From: Macrostomum hystrix
Taxonomy: Eukaryota; Animalia; Platyhelminthes
DNA length: 64,000 nt
Direction of reading: 5' to 3'
NCBI GenBank assembly: GCA_950097015.1
Contig: CATNEN010000012.1
Span: forward strand, 2,480,001 to 2,544,000
Shown here: positions 40,019-50,608 of the stretch, in pieces
Numbering within the stretch: the first letter of the stretch is position 1
Layout of the letters: every line of letters starts with the position of its first letter
The notes under the pieces: model-generated
Told to the model about the DNA's origin: nothing
Seen by the model: only the letters and a program-made list of their open reading frames with translations
Databases searched by the model: none
Translations under genes and position numbers: made by a program

Positions 40019-41776
40019 TTAGAGCCGGAGCAGAAAATTTGCCAGCTCGCTGATGTCATCTGCGCGACTGCCGCTGTCCGCAAAGATCTGGAACGTCCCA
40101 GGCACGTGGAAGGCTTGGATAACGAGATCGTGGTGAGCGGCGAGAAGCGCGAGCTGCTGCAGGGCTGTGTTGACAATCGGGTTCGGCGAGGAGCCTTTGT
40201 TGATGGCGCCGACAGCGGCCGTGCTGTCCGAGTAGATCACCAGGTTGCTTCCTGGTTGCAGCTGTTGTTGAAAGTGCAGAGCCGTGAATACGGGCGCGAG
40301 GCTCTCCTTAAAATTGATGTGCAGAGTTTCGAGCTCCTGGCTATCACGTTGCCAGTCGATGATGAGCCAGTTAGTGACGCCTGGGCCGCGGATGATGCCG
40401 CAGCCTCCCCAATTGGATGCGTCCGACTCGATTGCCCAGGCTGGCCCGGCGGTCCTCCAAATGCGGCAGCTGGGGGTCTTGGCCAGGCAGGCAACCCACC
40501 AGAGGATGGTCTCGCGGAGGTCGTTGTGCATGCGCAGTTTGTGGCAGTGCTGCTTTAGCTTATTGAGTTCCAGCAGGAGCGGCCTCAGGAAACACCTCCC
40601 GATACGGACGACCTGGCAAACCCAGTTAATGCGGCCACAGAGAGATTGGAGCTGGCGCTTGGTGATGCGCTTGTGCGAGAGTGCGGATTGCAGCTGCGCT
40701 TTCGTGGCCTCGAGCTTGTCCTTTGGGAGCTCTAGCAGGCCGCTGTTGGTGTCAATCATGACGCCCAGGTACACCAGCCTAGTGCACGGTGGAGCTACTT
40801 TGCTCCAGTTGATGGAGAAGCCTAGACGCCGCAGCAGATGAAGCAGAGTGTCCAGAGCTTGCTGGCAGGCGATCTCGGTTTCTGCCGCCACAGCAAAGTC
40901 GTCGAGGTAACTCCCGATGTTGCTGAAGCCGCGTCGCTGCATCATGCGCTTGATGGACTGGCTGAGGCGGTGGAAGACTTCCACTGAAGCTGCCGCGCCG
41001 AATGGCAGGCGCGTGTCGCACAGGTACATCGGGCCCGGTTGATCGCTGAACTTCCACTGTAGACCAGTGTAGCGGAAGTCGTGGGGACTGATTCCGACAC
41101 TGCGGTAAGCATTGGCCAGGTCGACCTTCGCCATGAACCAACCCGGCTGCAGCTTGGCAGTGAACTGGCTGACAGTCTCAAACTTGATCTGGTAGTCAGA
41201 GGAGAAACGGCTGTTCAGCGAGAGGTCCGGAGGTTGCGAGCAGTCGTGGATCAGCCGGATCTTGTTGTTCCCTTTCGGGATGGCACCGAGGGCGCTGACG
41301 ACGTCCGGCTTGTTGCTGACTTTCACATAACGGCCGTTGGCCACTTCTTCCCGCACCTGCTGCTCGACCAGTTGCCGATTACTGTCAGCGGAGAAGTAGT
41401 TCTGAGAGCAAGTGCTATTAGGCTGATTGTCAGGGGCACTGGGGCAGGTGAGTCGGAAGCCGTTGCGAACACCGTTCAGCAGGAAGTCACGATCGGGATC
41501 GCCGAGCAGCTCGGCATCCCAGGCGGCGCTGATAAGGTCAGAGGAGAAGGCAACAGACTCGATGGGCTTAGCTTGAGGCCGGCCAGGGGGGAGCGGGTGA
41601 TCGACCTTGTCAGAATCGGCCGGTGCAGTGGGGCCGTCGATCAAGTCCCCCGGCCGGCCGCAATCTAGTTTTTTGACGTGCAGAGCTGGCGCGGGTGTGC
41701 CGCGTAGCAGGCAGAGCACGCGTGTCTGAACTTGCAGTCGCGTCTGTGGCAGCTGTTTCGGTTGAATTTGACGCAC
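40019..41776 (-). CDS. Reverse transcriptase + RNase H (pol) of the retrotransposon
   Basis: Motifs KIRLIHDCS, AKVDLANAYRSV, RLPFG, SYLDDFAV and YLGVMID. RNase H: ESDAS, HINFKES, YSDSTAA, HVPG...ADSGSR. Overlaps gag in the -1 frame and has no ATG near its start. Confidence 0.95.
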   Translation of the reverse strand: MRQIQPKQLPQTRLQVQTRVLCLLRGTPAPALHVKKLDCGRPGDLIDGPTAPADSDKVDHPLPPGRPQAKPIESVAFSSDLISAAWDAELLGDPDRDFLLNGVRNGFRLTCPSAPDNQPNSTCSQNYFSADSNRQLVEQQVREEVANGRYVKVSNKPDVVSALGAIPKGNNKIRLIHDCSQPPDLSLNSRFSSDYQIKFETVSQFTAKLQPGWFMAKVDLANAYRSVGISPHDFRYTGLQWKFSDQPGPMYLCDTRLPFGAAASVEVFHRLSQSIKRMMQRRGFSNIGSYLDDFAVAAETEIACQQALDTLLHLLRRLGFSINWSKVAPPCTRLVYLGVMIDTNSGLLELPKDKLEATKAQLQSALSHKRITKRQLQSLCGRINWVCQVVRIGRCFLRPLLLELNKLKQHCHKLRMHNDLRETILWWVACLAKTPSCRIWRTAGPAWAIESDASNWGGCGIIRGPGVTNWLIIDWQRDSQELETLHINFKESLAPVFTALHFQQQLQPGSNLVIYSDSTAAVGAINKGSSPNPIVNTALQQLALLAAHHDLVIQAFHVPGTFQIFADSGSRADDISELANFLLRL

Positions 41777-42741
41777 AGCTCCCGACCTTCAGCGTCGGTT
41801 GGGCCGACCAAGCCGCTTGTCTGGTTTCTCATTTTGCTGAACTTAAAACCAGGCCGCGAATAGGTCGAACTGCCAGCAGGATTGGATTTAGGCGCCAGAA
41901 TGTGCTTGGACAGCAGCTGCAACGACTCCCGTTCCCAGCTGCCGCTGGTCTGGTGCTGCATGATCCTGAAGTCTTCGTCGTAGTCGTTGAGGGCGGCCTG
42001 GCTGAAGCCCTGATGCATAAACTCGCCGAACTGCACGCAATACCGCACATAGGCTTTCAGCTCACTCAAATCCATTGTGCCGTTTCTCGTTGTGACTAGG
42101 GCACCGTCGTCAAGCAGTCTCAGCAGGATGCGGCCGCTGCCTGCGACCCACTGGCCGGCCGTGATGTTCTCAGTTCGGGCTCTAGTCTTCGCTGATTGGG
42201 GCGCAGGCTCCTCGAAGTCACGATCGATGAAGTCTCTCACCAGCAGAGGCCTCGAGGTGACAGCGGGCTTGGTGTAGCTGCCTGGCAGTTCCCAGTCCGG
42301 CACTGGCAGATGCTGCTCCGGCTCGTGGGCACTGAGGGTTTGGTTAAGCAGCATCGGGCTAGTCGACTTACCACTCTGTCTGCGCTGGCCGTCCTTTCCA
42401 AGCTCGGCTTCGATCTCCGCTGTTTGGCGCTGAAGCGTTCTCAGGCGGAGCAGCTTCTCTTGTCGGGCTATCCTCTGGTCCAGGTCGTCGCCGCCTCCCA
42501 GATCACTCGCCCGGTCCGGGTTCGCCTCGCCGTCCTCTTCGCTGCAGGTGCTGCCGTCGTCCTCGACTTGGGCCGATGCGGTTGACCTTTGCTGCACACG
42601 GCGTGTGGTTCGGCTGGCTAAACTAGATTGTTCCAGTCTGACTTGCAGTTCACGCTTGCGACCGCTGCTAGGCAGGCCAAGTTGAATCAGGCGGTCTCTT
42701 AACTGGCGAGCCGTAAGCCGGTCAATTGGAAGCTCAGCCAT
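41665..42741 (-). CDS. Gag-like protein (358 aa) with N-terminal SAP-like motif and C-terminal Cys/His knuckle
   Basis: ATG at 42741, 12 nt inside the A1 boundary. LTARQLRDRLIQLGLPSSGRKRELQVRL fits the SAP consensus. C-terminus is CVKFNRNSCHRRDCKFRHACSACYAAHPRQLC. Confidence 0.88.
   Translation of the reverse strand: MAELPIDRLTARQLRDRLIQLGLPSSGRKRELQVRLEQSSLASRTTRRVQQRSTASAQVEDDGSTCSEEDGEANPDRASDLGGGDDLDQRIARQEKLLRLRTLQRQTAEIEAELGKDGQRRQSGKSTSPMLLNQTLSAHEPEQHLPVPDWELPGSYTKPAVTSRPLLVRDFIDRDFEEPAPQSAKTRARTENITAGQWVAGSGRILLRLLDDGALVTTRNGTMDLSELKAYVRYCVQFGEFMHQGFSQAALNDYDEDFRIMQHQTSGSWERESLQLLSKHILAPKSNPAGSSTYSRPGFKFSKMRNQTSGLVGPTDAEGRELCVKFNRNSCHRRDCKFRHACSACYAAHPRQLCTSKN
41668..41674 (-). promoter_or_regulatory. 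Candidate -1 ribosomal frameshift slippery heptamer A_AAA_AAC with downstream GC stem-loop
   Basis: Gag ends TCA AAA AAC TAG; the -1 frame reads AAA AAA CTA GAT = pol KKLD. CGGCCGG...CCGGCCG stem with inner GGGG/CCCC starts about 7 nt downstream. Confidence 0.7.
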
Positions 42742-42893
42742 TGCAGTAAGAGAGAAAATTTCACACCACGCAGCGCGAAGAGACAAGGCTGGGCAGCACG
42801 CGGGCGCCGGCTGAAATACGACCCAGCACAAGGCGGAGGGGTGGGTGTCTGAGGTGGGTGTTTACAACCAATCAGCGAACACCGATTGGACAC

Positions 42894-45800
42894 GTCATTA
42901 GCTCTCAGTGTTTTGATTGGTCATCAGCTCTCAGTGTTTTGATTGGTCATCAGCTCTCAGTGTTTTGACTGGTCATCAGCTTTCAGTGTTTTGACTGGTC
43001 ATCAGCTCTCAGTGTTTTGACTGGTCATCAGCTCTCAGTGTTTTGACTGGTCATCAGCTCTCAGTGTTTTGACTGGTCATCAGCTCTCAGTGTTTTGACT
43101 GGTCATCAGCTTTCAGTGTTTTGACTGGTCATCAGCTCTCAGTGTTTTGAATGGTCATCAGCTTTCAGTGTTTTGACTGGTCATCAGCTTTCAGTGTTTT
43201 GAATGGTCATCAGCTCTCAGTGTTTTGACTGGTCATCAGCTTTCAGTGTTTTGACTGGTCATCAGCTCTCAGTGTTTTGACTGGTCATCAGCTTTCAGTG
43301 TTTTGACTGGTCATCAGCTCTCAGTGTTTTGACTGGTCATCAGCTTTCAGTGTTTTGACTGGTCATCAGCTTTCAGTGTTTTGACTGGTCATCAGCTCTC
43401 AGTGTTTTGAATGGTCATCAGCTTTCAGTGTTTTGACTGGTCATCAGCTTTCAGTGTTTTGACTGGTCATCAGCTCTCAGTGTTTTGACTGGTCATCAGC
43501 TCTCAGTGTTTTGACTGGTCATCAGCTCTCAGTGTTTTGACTGGTCATCAGCTCTCAGTGTTTTGACTGGTCATCAGCTCTCAGTGTTTTGACTGGTCAT
43601 CAGCTTTCAGTGTTTTGACTGGTCATCAGCTCTCAGTGTTTTGACTGGTCATCAGCTCTCAGTGTTTTGACTGGTCATCAGCTTTCAGTGTTTTGACTGG
43701 TCATCAGCTCTCAGTGTTTTGACTGGTCATCAGCTCTCAGTGTTTTGACTGGTCATCAGCTCTCAGTGTTTTGACTGGTCATCAGCTCTCAGTGTTTTGA
43801 CTGGTCATCAGCTCTCAGTGTTTTGACTGGTCATCAGCTTTCAGTGTTTTGACTGGTCATCAGCTCTCAGTGTTTTGACTGGTCATCAGCTTTCAGTGTT
43901 TTGACTGGTCATCAGCTCTCAGTGTTTTGACTGGTCATCAGCTTTCAGTGTTTTGACTGGTCATCAGCTCTCAGTGTTTTGACTGGTCATCAGCTCTCAG
44001 TGTTTTGACTGGTCATCAGCTCTCAGTGTTTTGACTGGTCATCAGCTTTCAGTGTTTTGACTGGTCATCAGCTCTCAGTGTTTTGACTGGTCATCAGCTC
44101 TCAGTGTTTTGACTGGTCATCAGCTCTCAGTGTTTTGACTGGTCATCAGCTTTCAGTGTTTTGACTGGTCATCAGCTCTCAGTGTTTTGACTGGTCATCA
44201 GCTCTCAGTGTTTTGACTGGTCATCAGCTCTCAGTGTTTTGACTGGTCATCAGCTCTCAGTGTTTTGACTGGTCATCAGCTTTCAGTGTTTTGACTGGTC
44301 ATCAGCTCTCAGTGTTTTGAATGGTCATCAGCTTTCAGTGTTTTGACTGGTCATCAGCTTTCAGTGTTTTGAATGGTCATCAGCTCTCAGTGTTTTGACT
44401 GGTCATCAGCTTTCAGTGTTTTGACTGGTCATCAGCTCTCAGTGTTTTGACTGGTCATCAGCTCTCAGTGTTTTGACTGGTCATCAGCTCTCAGTGTTTT
44501 GACTGGTCATCAGCTTTCAGTGTTTTGACTGGTCATCAGCTCTCAGTGTTTTGAATGGTCATCAGCTTTCAGTGTTTTGACTGGTCATCAGCTTTCAGTG
44601 TTTTGACTGGTCATCAGCTCTCAGTGTTTTGACTGGTCATCAGCTTTCAGTGTTTTGACTGGTCATCAGCTCTCAGTGTTTTGACTGGTCATCAGCTCTC
44701 AGTGTTTTGACTGGTCATCAGCTCTCAGTGTTTTGACTGGTCATCAGCTTTCAGTGTTTTGACTGGTCATCAGCTCTCAGTGTTTTGACTGGTCATCAGC
44801 TCTCAGTGTTTTGACTGGTCATCAGCTTTCAGTGTTTTGACTGGTCATCAGCTCTCAGTGTTTTGACTGGTCATCAGCTCTCAGTGTTTTGACTGGTCAT
44901 CAGCTCTCAGTGTTTTGACTGGTCATCAGCTCTCAGTGTTTTGACTGGTCATCAGCTCTCAGTGTTTTGACTGGTCATCAGCTTTCAGTGTTTTGACTGG
45001 TCATCAGCTCTCAGTGTTTTGACTGGTCATCAGCTTTCAGTGTTTTGACTGGTCATCAGCTCTCAGTGTTTTGACTGGTCATCAGCTTTCAGTGTTTTGA
45101 CTGGTCATCAGCTCTCAGTGTTTTGACTGGTCATCAGCTTTCAGTGTTTTGACTGGTCATCAGCTCTCAGTGTTTTGACTGGTCATCAGCTCTCAGTGTT
45201 TTGACTGGTCATCAGCTCTCAGTGTTTTGACTGGTCATCAGCTCTCAGTGTTTTGACTGGTCATCAGCTCTCAGTGTTTTGACTGGTCATCAGCTCTCAG
45301 TGTTTTGACTGGTCATCAGCTCTCAGTGTTTTGACTGGTCATCAGCTTTCAGTGTTTTGACTGGTCATCAGCTCTCAGTGTTTTGACTGGTCATCAGCTT
45401 TCAGTGTTTTGACTGGTCATCAGCTCTCAGTGTTTTGACTGGTCATCAGCTTTCAGTGTTTTGACTGGTCATCAGCTCTCAGTGTTTTGACTGGTCATCA
45501 GCTCTCAGTGTTTTGACTGGTCATCAGCTCTCAGTGTTTTGACTGGTCATCAGCTTTCAGTGTTTTGATTGGTCATCAGCTTTCAGTGTTTTGATTGGTC
45601 ATCGCCTCCGATGCTTCGATTGTTTATCAGCAGCTTCTGGTGTTTTGATTGGCTATCAGTAGCTTCTAGTGTTTTGATTGGTTATCAGCAGCTTCTGGTG
45701 TTTTGATTGGTCATCAGCTTTCAGTGTTTTGATTGGTCATCGCCTCCGATGCTTCGATTGTTTATCAGCAGCTTCTGGTGTTTTGATTGGCTATCAGTAG

Positions 45801-46410
45801 CTTCTAGTGTTTTGATTGGTTATCAGCAGCTTCTGGTGTTTTGATTGGTTATCAGCAGCTTCTGGTGTTTTGATTGGTCATCAGCTTTCAGTGTTTTGAC
45901 TGGTCATCAGCTCTCAGTGTTTTGACTGGTCATCAGCTCTCAGTGTTTTGACTGGTCATCAGCTCTCAGTGTTTTGACTGGTCATCAGCTCTCAGTGTTT
46001 TGACTGGTCATCAGCTCTCAGTGTTTTGACTGGTCATCAGCTCTCAGTGTTTTGACTGGTCATCAGCTTTCAGTGTTTTGATTGGTCATCAGCTTTCAGT
46101 GTTTTGATTGGTCATCGCCTCCGATGCTTCGATTGTTTATCAGCAGCTTCTGGTGTTTTGATTGGCTATCAGTAGCTTCTAGTGTTTTGATTGGTTATCA
46201 GCAGCTTCTGGTGTTTTGATTGGTCATCAGCTTTCAGTGTTTTGATTGGTCATCGCCTCCGATGCTTCGATTGTTTATCAGCAGCTTCTGGTGTTTTGAT
46301 TGGCTATCAGTAGCTTCTAGTGTTTTGATTGGTTATCAGCAGCTTCTGGTGTTTTGATTGGTTATCAGCAGCTTGTGGTGTTTTGATTGGTCATCAGCTT
46401 TCAGTGTTTT
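42894..46410. repeat. 26-bp satellite (GTCATCAGCTCTCAGTGTTTTGACTG), about 3.5 kb, with duplicated variant blocks near 45590-45880 and 46110-46400
   Basis: Highly homogeneous tandem units; the variant CGCCTCCGATGCTTCGATTGTTTATCAGCAGC occurs four times. Confidence 0.97.
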
Positions 46411-47911
46411 GATAAGTTAATACGGATTAAACGAGATATATTGTACAAGTGATAATACTTGAAATTATTTCTCAAAAAGTTTTCTCTGCAAGCTTTCTTT
46501 TCTTTTAGAAGCCAAAATAAATACCGAATATGAATCGATGTCTGCCTTGAGTCCAAGAAGCAGATTGCAATGCGCTGTCTGAATTCTTGTCTTGAAAATG
46601 AGGAAATCTCATATCTACGATGCAGGTCGCATTGCCCAAACAGTAATCCCCAGAGGGGAATAAGGACAGTCAGGTCCGCTTACAATCTTTGACTGCGACT
46701 ACACACACGATTGCACACACCATATATGCTTATATTATGCAGTAAAAGAAGGGTGCAGTGATTGATTGATTATTTCAGTCGATTTCTTTTGAGGATCAAT
46801 CCGTTTTCCCCCACTGAGATTAAGTCAGTGCTGGAGAGAATGCAGAGACCTACTTAAAACCTTGCTTTAACTTTGATTAGTCAAAAAATTGTGAAGGCTT
46901 GCGGAAGGACAATTTTAGATGTTCTCTTGATTTCTTGTCTAACTGTTTTTGCATTGCTTTGCTTTTTGACGTTTGCATCGTAAAGACTCGACAGACAGCC
47001 AAGCAAAAACACAAACAATTAAGTCAGTAGCTTGTAGGACAATGCATTGTCTTCCGAACAATAGTAGAAAAAACTGAAATTTTGCCAAGACCACAGTTAA
47101 GCAGCAGCAGCAGCAGAGTAGGGAAGCAGGACAATGGACTGTAGTGCAGGAAGCTGAGCAGAAAACAGAATTCTCATCCCTCCCTCACACAGGAAGTCAC
47201 GATAAGTGGCTAAAAGTGCAGCAAAAAATGAAAAGACAGCCCAGCGATTCGGAAAATTGATATTGACGAATAAATCCATGATTTCCCTTTACAGCCGATA
47301 TGTAGCGAAATAGTTAAAACTGAAGTACGAATTTGATGAAGTCTGGAAATTCCTTTCGACAATGCAGAATTGCCTAATATTGGAGTTTTGAAATCAAGCC
47401 AGTAAAAGCATTGGTGCTGATGAAGTATTAAAGGACTCAAAGTTAGCGTGGCATGACACAACAGCTGATGCTCTTGCATGGCAACAGTTGCTATGTGCAT
47501 CGAATAGACTTATAGAGACAATCTAGACGTCAGCGCATGGAGTTGGCAACCATTAGCAATGCTCCAAGTGGGGGCTAATGAGCAGCAAAGGCTGACAGAC
47601 AGACTGAAGTGCCTTGTGTTGCACTACATTTTTAGGGATGCCGTATTCCCAGGGATCAGCTACTGGGACAGTTGAGACTCTGTAGACAATAACGCCTTTG
47701 TTATGCTTTGAAAAGTACAGTGAGCATAAGCAAACAACAAGATTGTTTATTTTCAGATTGTCTTTGCGTGAATGCCAGCCCCGCACAGTTCAATAATTGT
47801 TGAAAGAACACGGGTTATTTAAATATCCACATTTCTCTTTATCTGCATCTCCCTAAACTTTCCGCTCTATCCGATGAAACAACTTCCAGAATCACAGAAC
47901 ATCGACATCGT

Positions 47912-48200
47912 CGGGATATTCAACGATTCTCGTCGGGATATTCAACGAATCTCGTCGTGATATTCAACGATTCTCGTCGGGATATTCAACGATTCTCGTC
48001 GGGATATTCAACGATTCTCGTCGGGATATTCAACGATTCTCGTCGGGATATTCAACGATTCTCGTCGGGATATTCAACGATTCTCGTCGGGATATTCAAC
48101 GATTCTCGTCGGGATATTCAACGATTCTCGTCGGGATATTCAACGATTCTCGTCGGGATATTCAACGATTCTCGTCGGGATATTCAACGATTCTTGTCGG
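47912..48200. repeat. 22-bp minisatellite (TATTCAACGATTCTCGTCGGGA)
   Basis: About 13 units. Confidence 0.95.
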
Positions 48201-49016
48201 GCTGTCTTTTTGGTTGTCAAGGCCACCAATATAGGCATAATTTTTATGCTCAGAAAGTGTCATCATGTAACCATGTCGGCTATGATTGTTGACCATTTTG
48301 GATTGATTAAATTATCATTTTTTCATTTTCGAACCAACCAAGTTCATTGTCTAAGTTAGTTCATCGTAAAGGGCGGAAAATTCTGGTTTGTATGACTTTC
48401 ACGAAAACCGGTCATTCGGTTTGGGAGCTGTTGTGAAGTAGGCAGCGGCCATTTGAAACACCCAAATAGCCTGGTCTACTGTAAAAGAGCAACAAAATAG
48501 ACCCATCGAAACAGAAAAATAGAAAATAAAATCAGAAAACTATCAATTGTTCCTTTCATCTATTATCAGGCGACACAATGCCCGCAATCATGCGCAAGGT
48601 AATTTAGTTTTGTCGCCAAAGCCGCCTCTCTGCTAATTAAGTCTGAAACAACTTTGATAGTGAAAGCCCATGCGAGCAATCAGTCAATTGATTGGTGATT
48701 GATCTAATTGTCTAGCAGCGCATGGAACACTCTGTTAGCCTCTGGGGTTTTTGTTAACATGACCCCATGCATGACCCCACAGGGGAATCTGAAAACAGAA
48801 AAGAAAATAAGGGAAAGTGACCAACATATCTTTGAATAAAGGACCTAAGGAAATACAAAAGGCTTCTCGCCAAGCCTCGCCGAGCAACTTAGATAAATTC
48901 TAGAATACGCAAAGAATGTACGATGTCAGTCACCTGCTTGGCTTGAGGTTGAAGTTAAAGTTGAGTTTCCTCCCATACGATTTCTAAAAATAACAAAAAA
49001 ACAACAACGCGTGAAT

Positions 49017-49345
49017 GATGTCAGCCACGTGTTTGGGTTGAGGGTGCAGTTGAAATGGGGTTCACCACTCCTATATTTCTAAAATTAGCAACACACTAAC
49101 CACTGTTCAAGGTTAGTCACGTGCTTGGGTTTGGTTGCGGTGGATGTGGAATTACCCTAGATTTCTAAAAATAGCTAAAACTTAACCATGACCAAGATTA
49201 GTCATGCGCTGGGTTTGGTTGCGGTTGATGTGGTATTAGCCTAGGTTTCTAAAAATAGCAACAACTTAACCATGACCGAGGTTAGTCACGTGCTGGGTTT
49301 GGTTGCGGTGGATGTGGAATTACCCAAGATTTCTAAAAATAGCGA
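49017..49345. repeat. Degenerate approx. 83-bp tandem repeat (GTCACGTG..GGGTTTGGTTGCGG..GATGTGG...TTTCTAAAAATAGC)
   Basis: Four diverged copies seen by eye. Confidence 0.75.
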
Positions 49346-50324
49346 CGACCTAACTAAATCTATGTTTCTTTAGAAAAGCTTTCTCATATTAATTTTATTT
49401 CGTTCAATCAGACTTAAAATCACCTGCCAAATTGGCCAATATCTTAATTAAAACATTTCTAAACCCTACAGAAAAAATGCAGAAGAAATTTTCAGATTTT
49501 CGAATTATCGGAACTGTTCTGTATGCAAGTTCAAAGTATAATTGACCAGAATTACCAGTTGAAGAGAGAAATAAACTAAACTAACGAAAGATTGGCACTC
49601 GATATTCAGATCATGATTGAATATTTAATAGCTCTCTGTAAAGGCAGTAGTCAGTACAAAATACTCTGAACTGCACAGAGTTTGGACAAGTAAACCAATG
49701 AAACTGCGTGACAATGGAGTTCCAAAACTAAGAACCTTCGCAACATTCAAGGTACAGGGGAGAGAGAAGAGAGGGGGAGCCACAGGAGCCTGAGGACACG
49801 CAAACTGCCAGTTTTTGGGATTAGGACAAGCAAGTGAGCCAATCAATGCGTTTCTAGTTCTCAGCGGCAAGATGGGAGATGAGACAGGGCCGGGAGCTTT
49901 GGAGTTTCTTAAAGCAGTCCTCATCAATTGGTCTGAAGAGGACTGAACAAACTATATGCTAATCTTGCAGTGCAGCCTGCCACCCAATAGGAATGAATCT
50001 AGGCGGGGGTTGTTGACCCTAGTTGCAACTGATTCCCTACCTTGCTAGAATAATCTCATCCAAACTGAGGCCTCAGCTAGACTCCAAGGCTGCTCAACGA
50101 GCTGTTTGAACTCATTGATTGTTTTCACATTTTAGCAGCTGCCGTACTCATATAGCTAATCTAAGAAACTTATCTTTTATTTGTCAAAGCCTTAATCCCT
50201 CTTCAAGCTTTGCAGCCAGCTGATTCAAATGGTACGGAATGGTGAACGACCGTTTTGTGAGTTTTAAAGTGTGATTTCTGATCTACTCAAATGATTCTAT
50301 AACAAAGAAATCTGCCTGTACGAT

Positions 50325-50608
50325 GGGGTGAGTGGCGGAGTGGTTAACGCATTCGCCGCTCGCACCAATGTCTGAGCTCGATTCCGCGGCGAGGCCACAT
50401 TCATTTTGGGGGCGCAGCCGCGGAGAGAAGGCTTGGGGGCTTGTCGTGTTATTCACGCCCTCGAGGGTCAACCTCAAAGGCACAGTGAGAGTGTACACTT
50501 ATGGACGTTGAGAGAGTCATGGCAGATGTACACACCAGTGTGAGTGTGTGCCTGTGTACAGAATCTGTGTGCGTGTGTGCTCAGAAGTCAGCGAATTATT
50601 ATTACTAT
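50325..50608 (+). mobile_element. tRNA-derived SINE, copy 1
   Basis: A-box TGGCGGAGTGG (50333-50343), B-box-like GAGCTCGATTCC (50374-50385), body GGCGCAGCCGCGGAGAGAAGGCTTGGGGGC...GGCACAGTGA..GTGTACAC shared with copies 2 and 3, (ATT)n tail. Confidence 0.8.

Larger units (their letters stand above)
38257..42893 (-). mobile_element. Intact Ngaro/PAT-type (DIRS order) tyrosine-recombinase retrotransposon with split direct repeats, 4637 bp
   Basis: In sense order: A1 (42893-42753), gag, RT/RNase H, YR, B1 (38688-38597), A2 (38596-38456), 107-bp spacer, B2 (38348-38257). A1=A2 (141 bp) and B1=B2 (92 bp) appear identical. No methyltransferase ORF. The flanks rejoin into one satellite unit (GACTG|GTCAT). 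Confidence 0.95.

Noticed and set aside
39184-42585. Plus-strand and alternative-frame ORFs over the retrotransposon (e.g. 39332-40012, 39956-40558, 41081-41668)
   Set aside because: These are expected shadows of GC-rich coding sequence with no recognisable motifs.
42884-42893. Element end GATTGGACAC resembles satellite GATTGGTCAT
   Set aside because: The similarity is not in register with the actual crossover point (GACTG|GTCAT), so it does not demonstrate homology-guided integration.
49680-49930. KLRTFATFK peptide reminiscent of LINE ORF2 C-termini
   Set aside because: A single short motif with no surrounding RT similarity.
50325-50400. Possible tRNA gene
   Set aside because: No clean cloverleaf, and it continues into a body shared with two other dispersed copies, so it is a SINE head.
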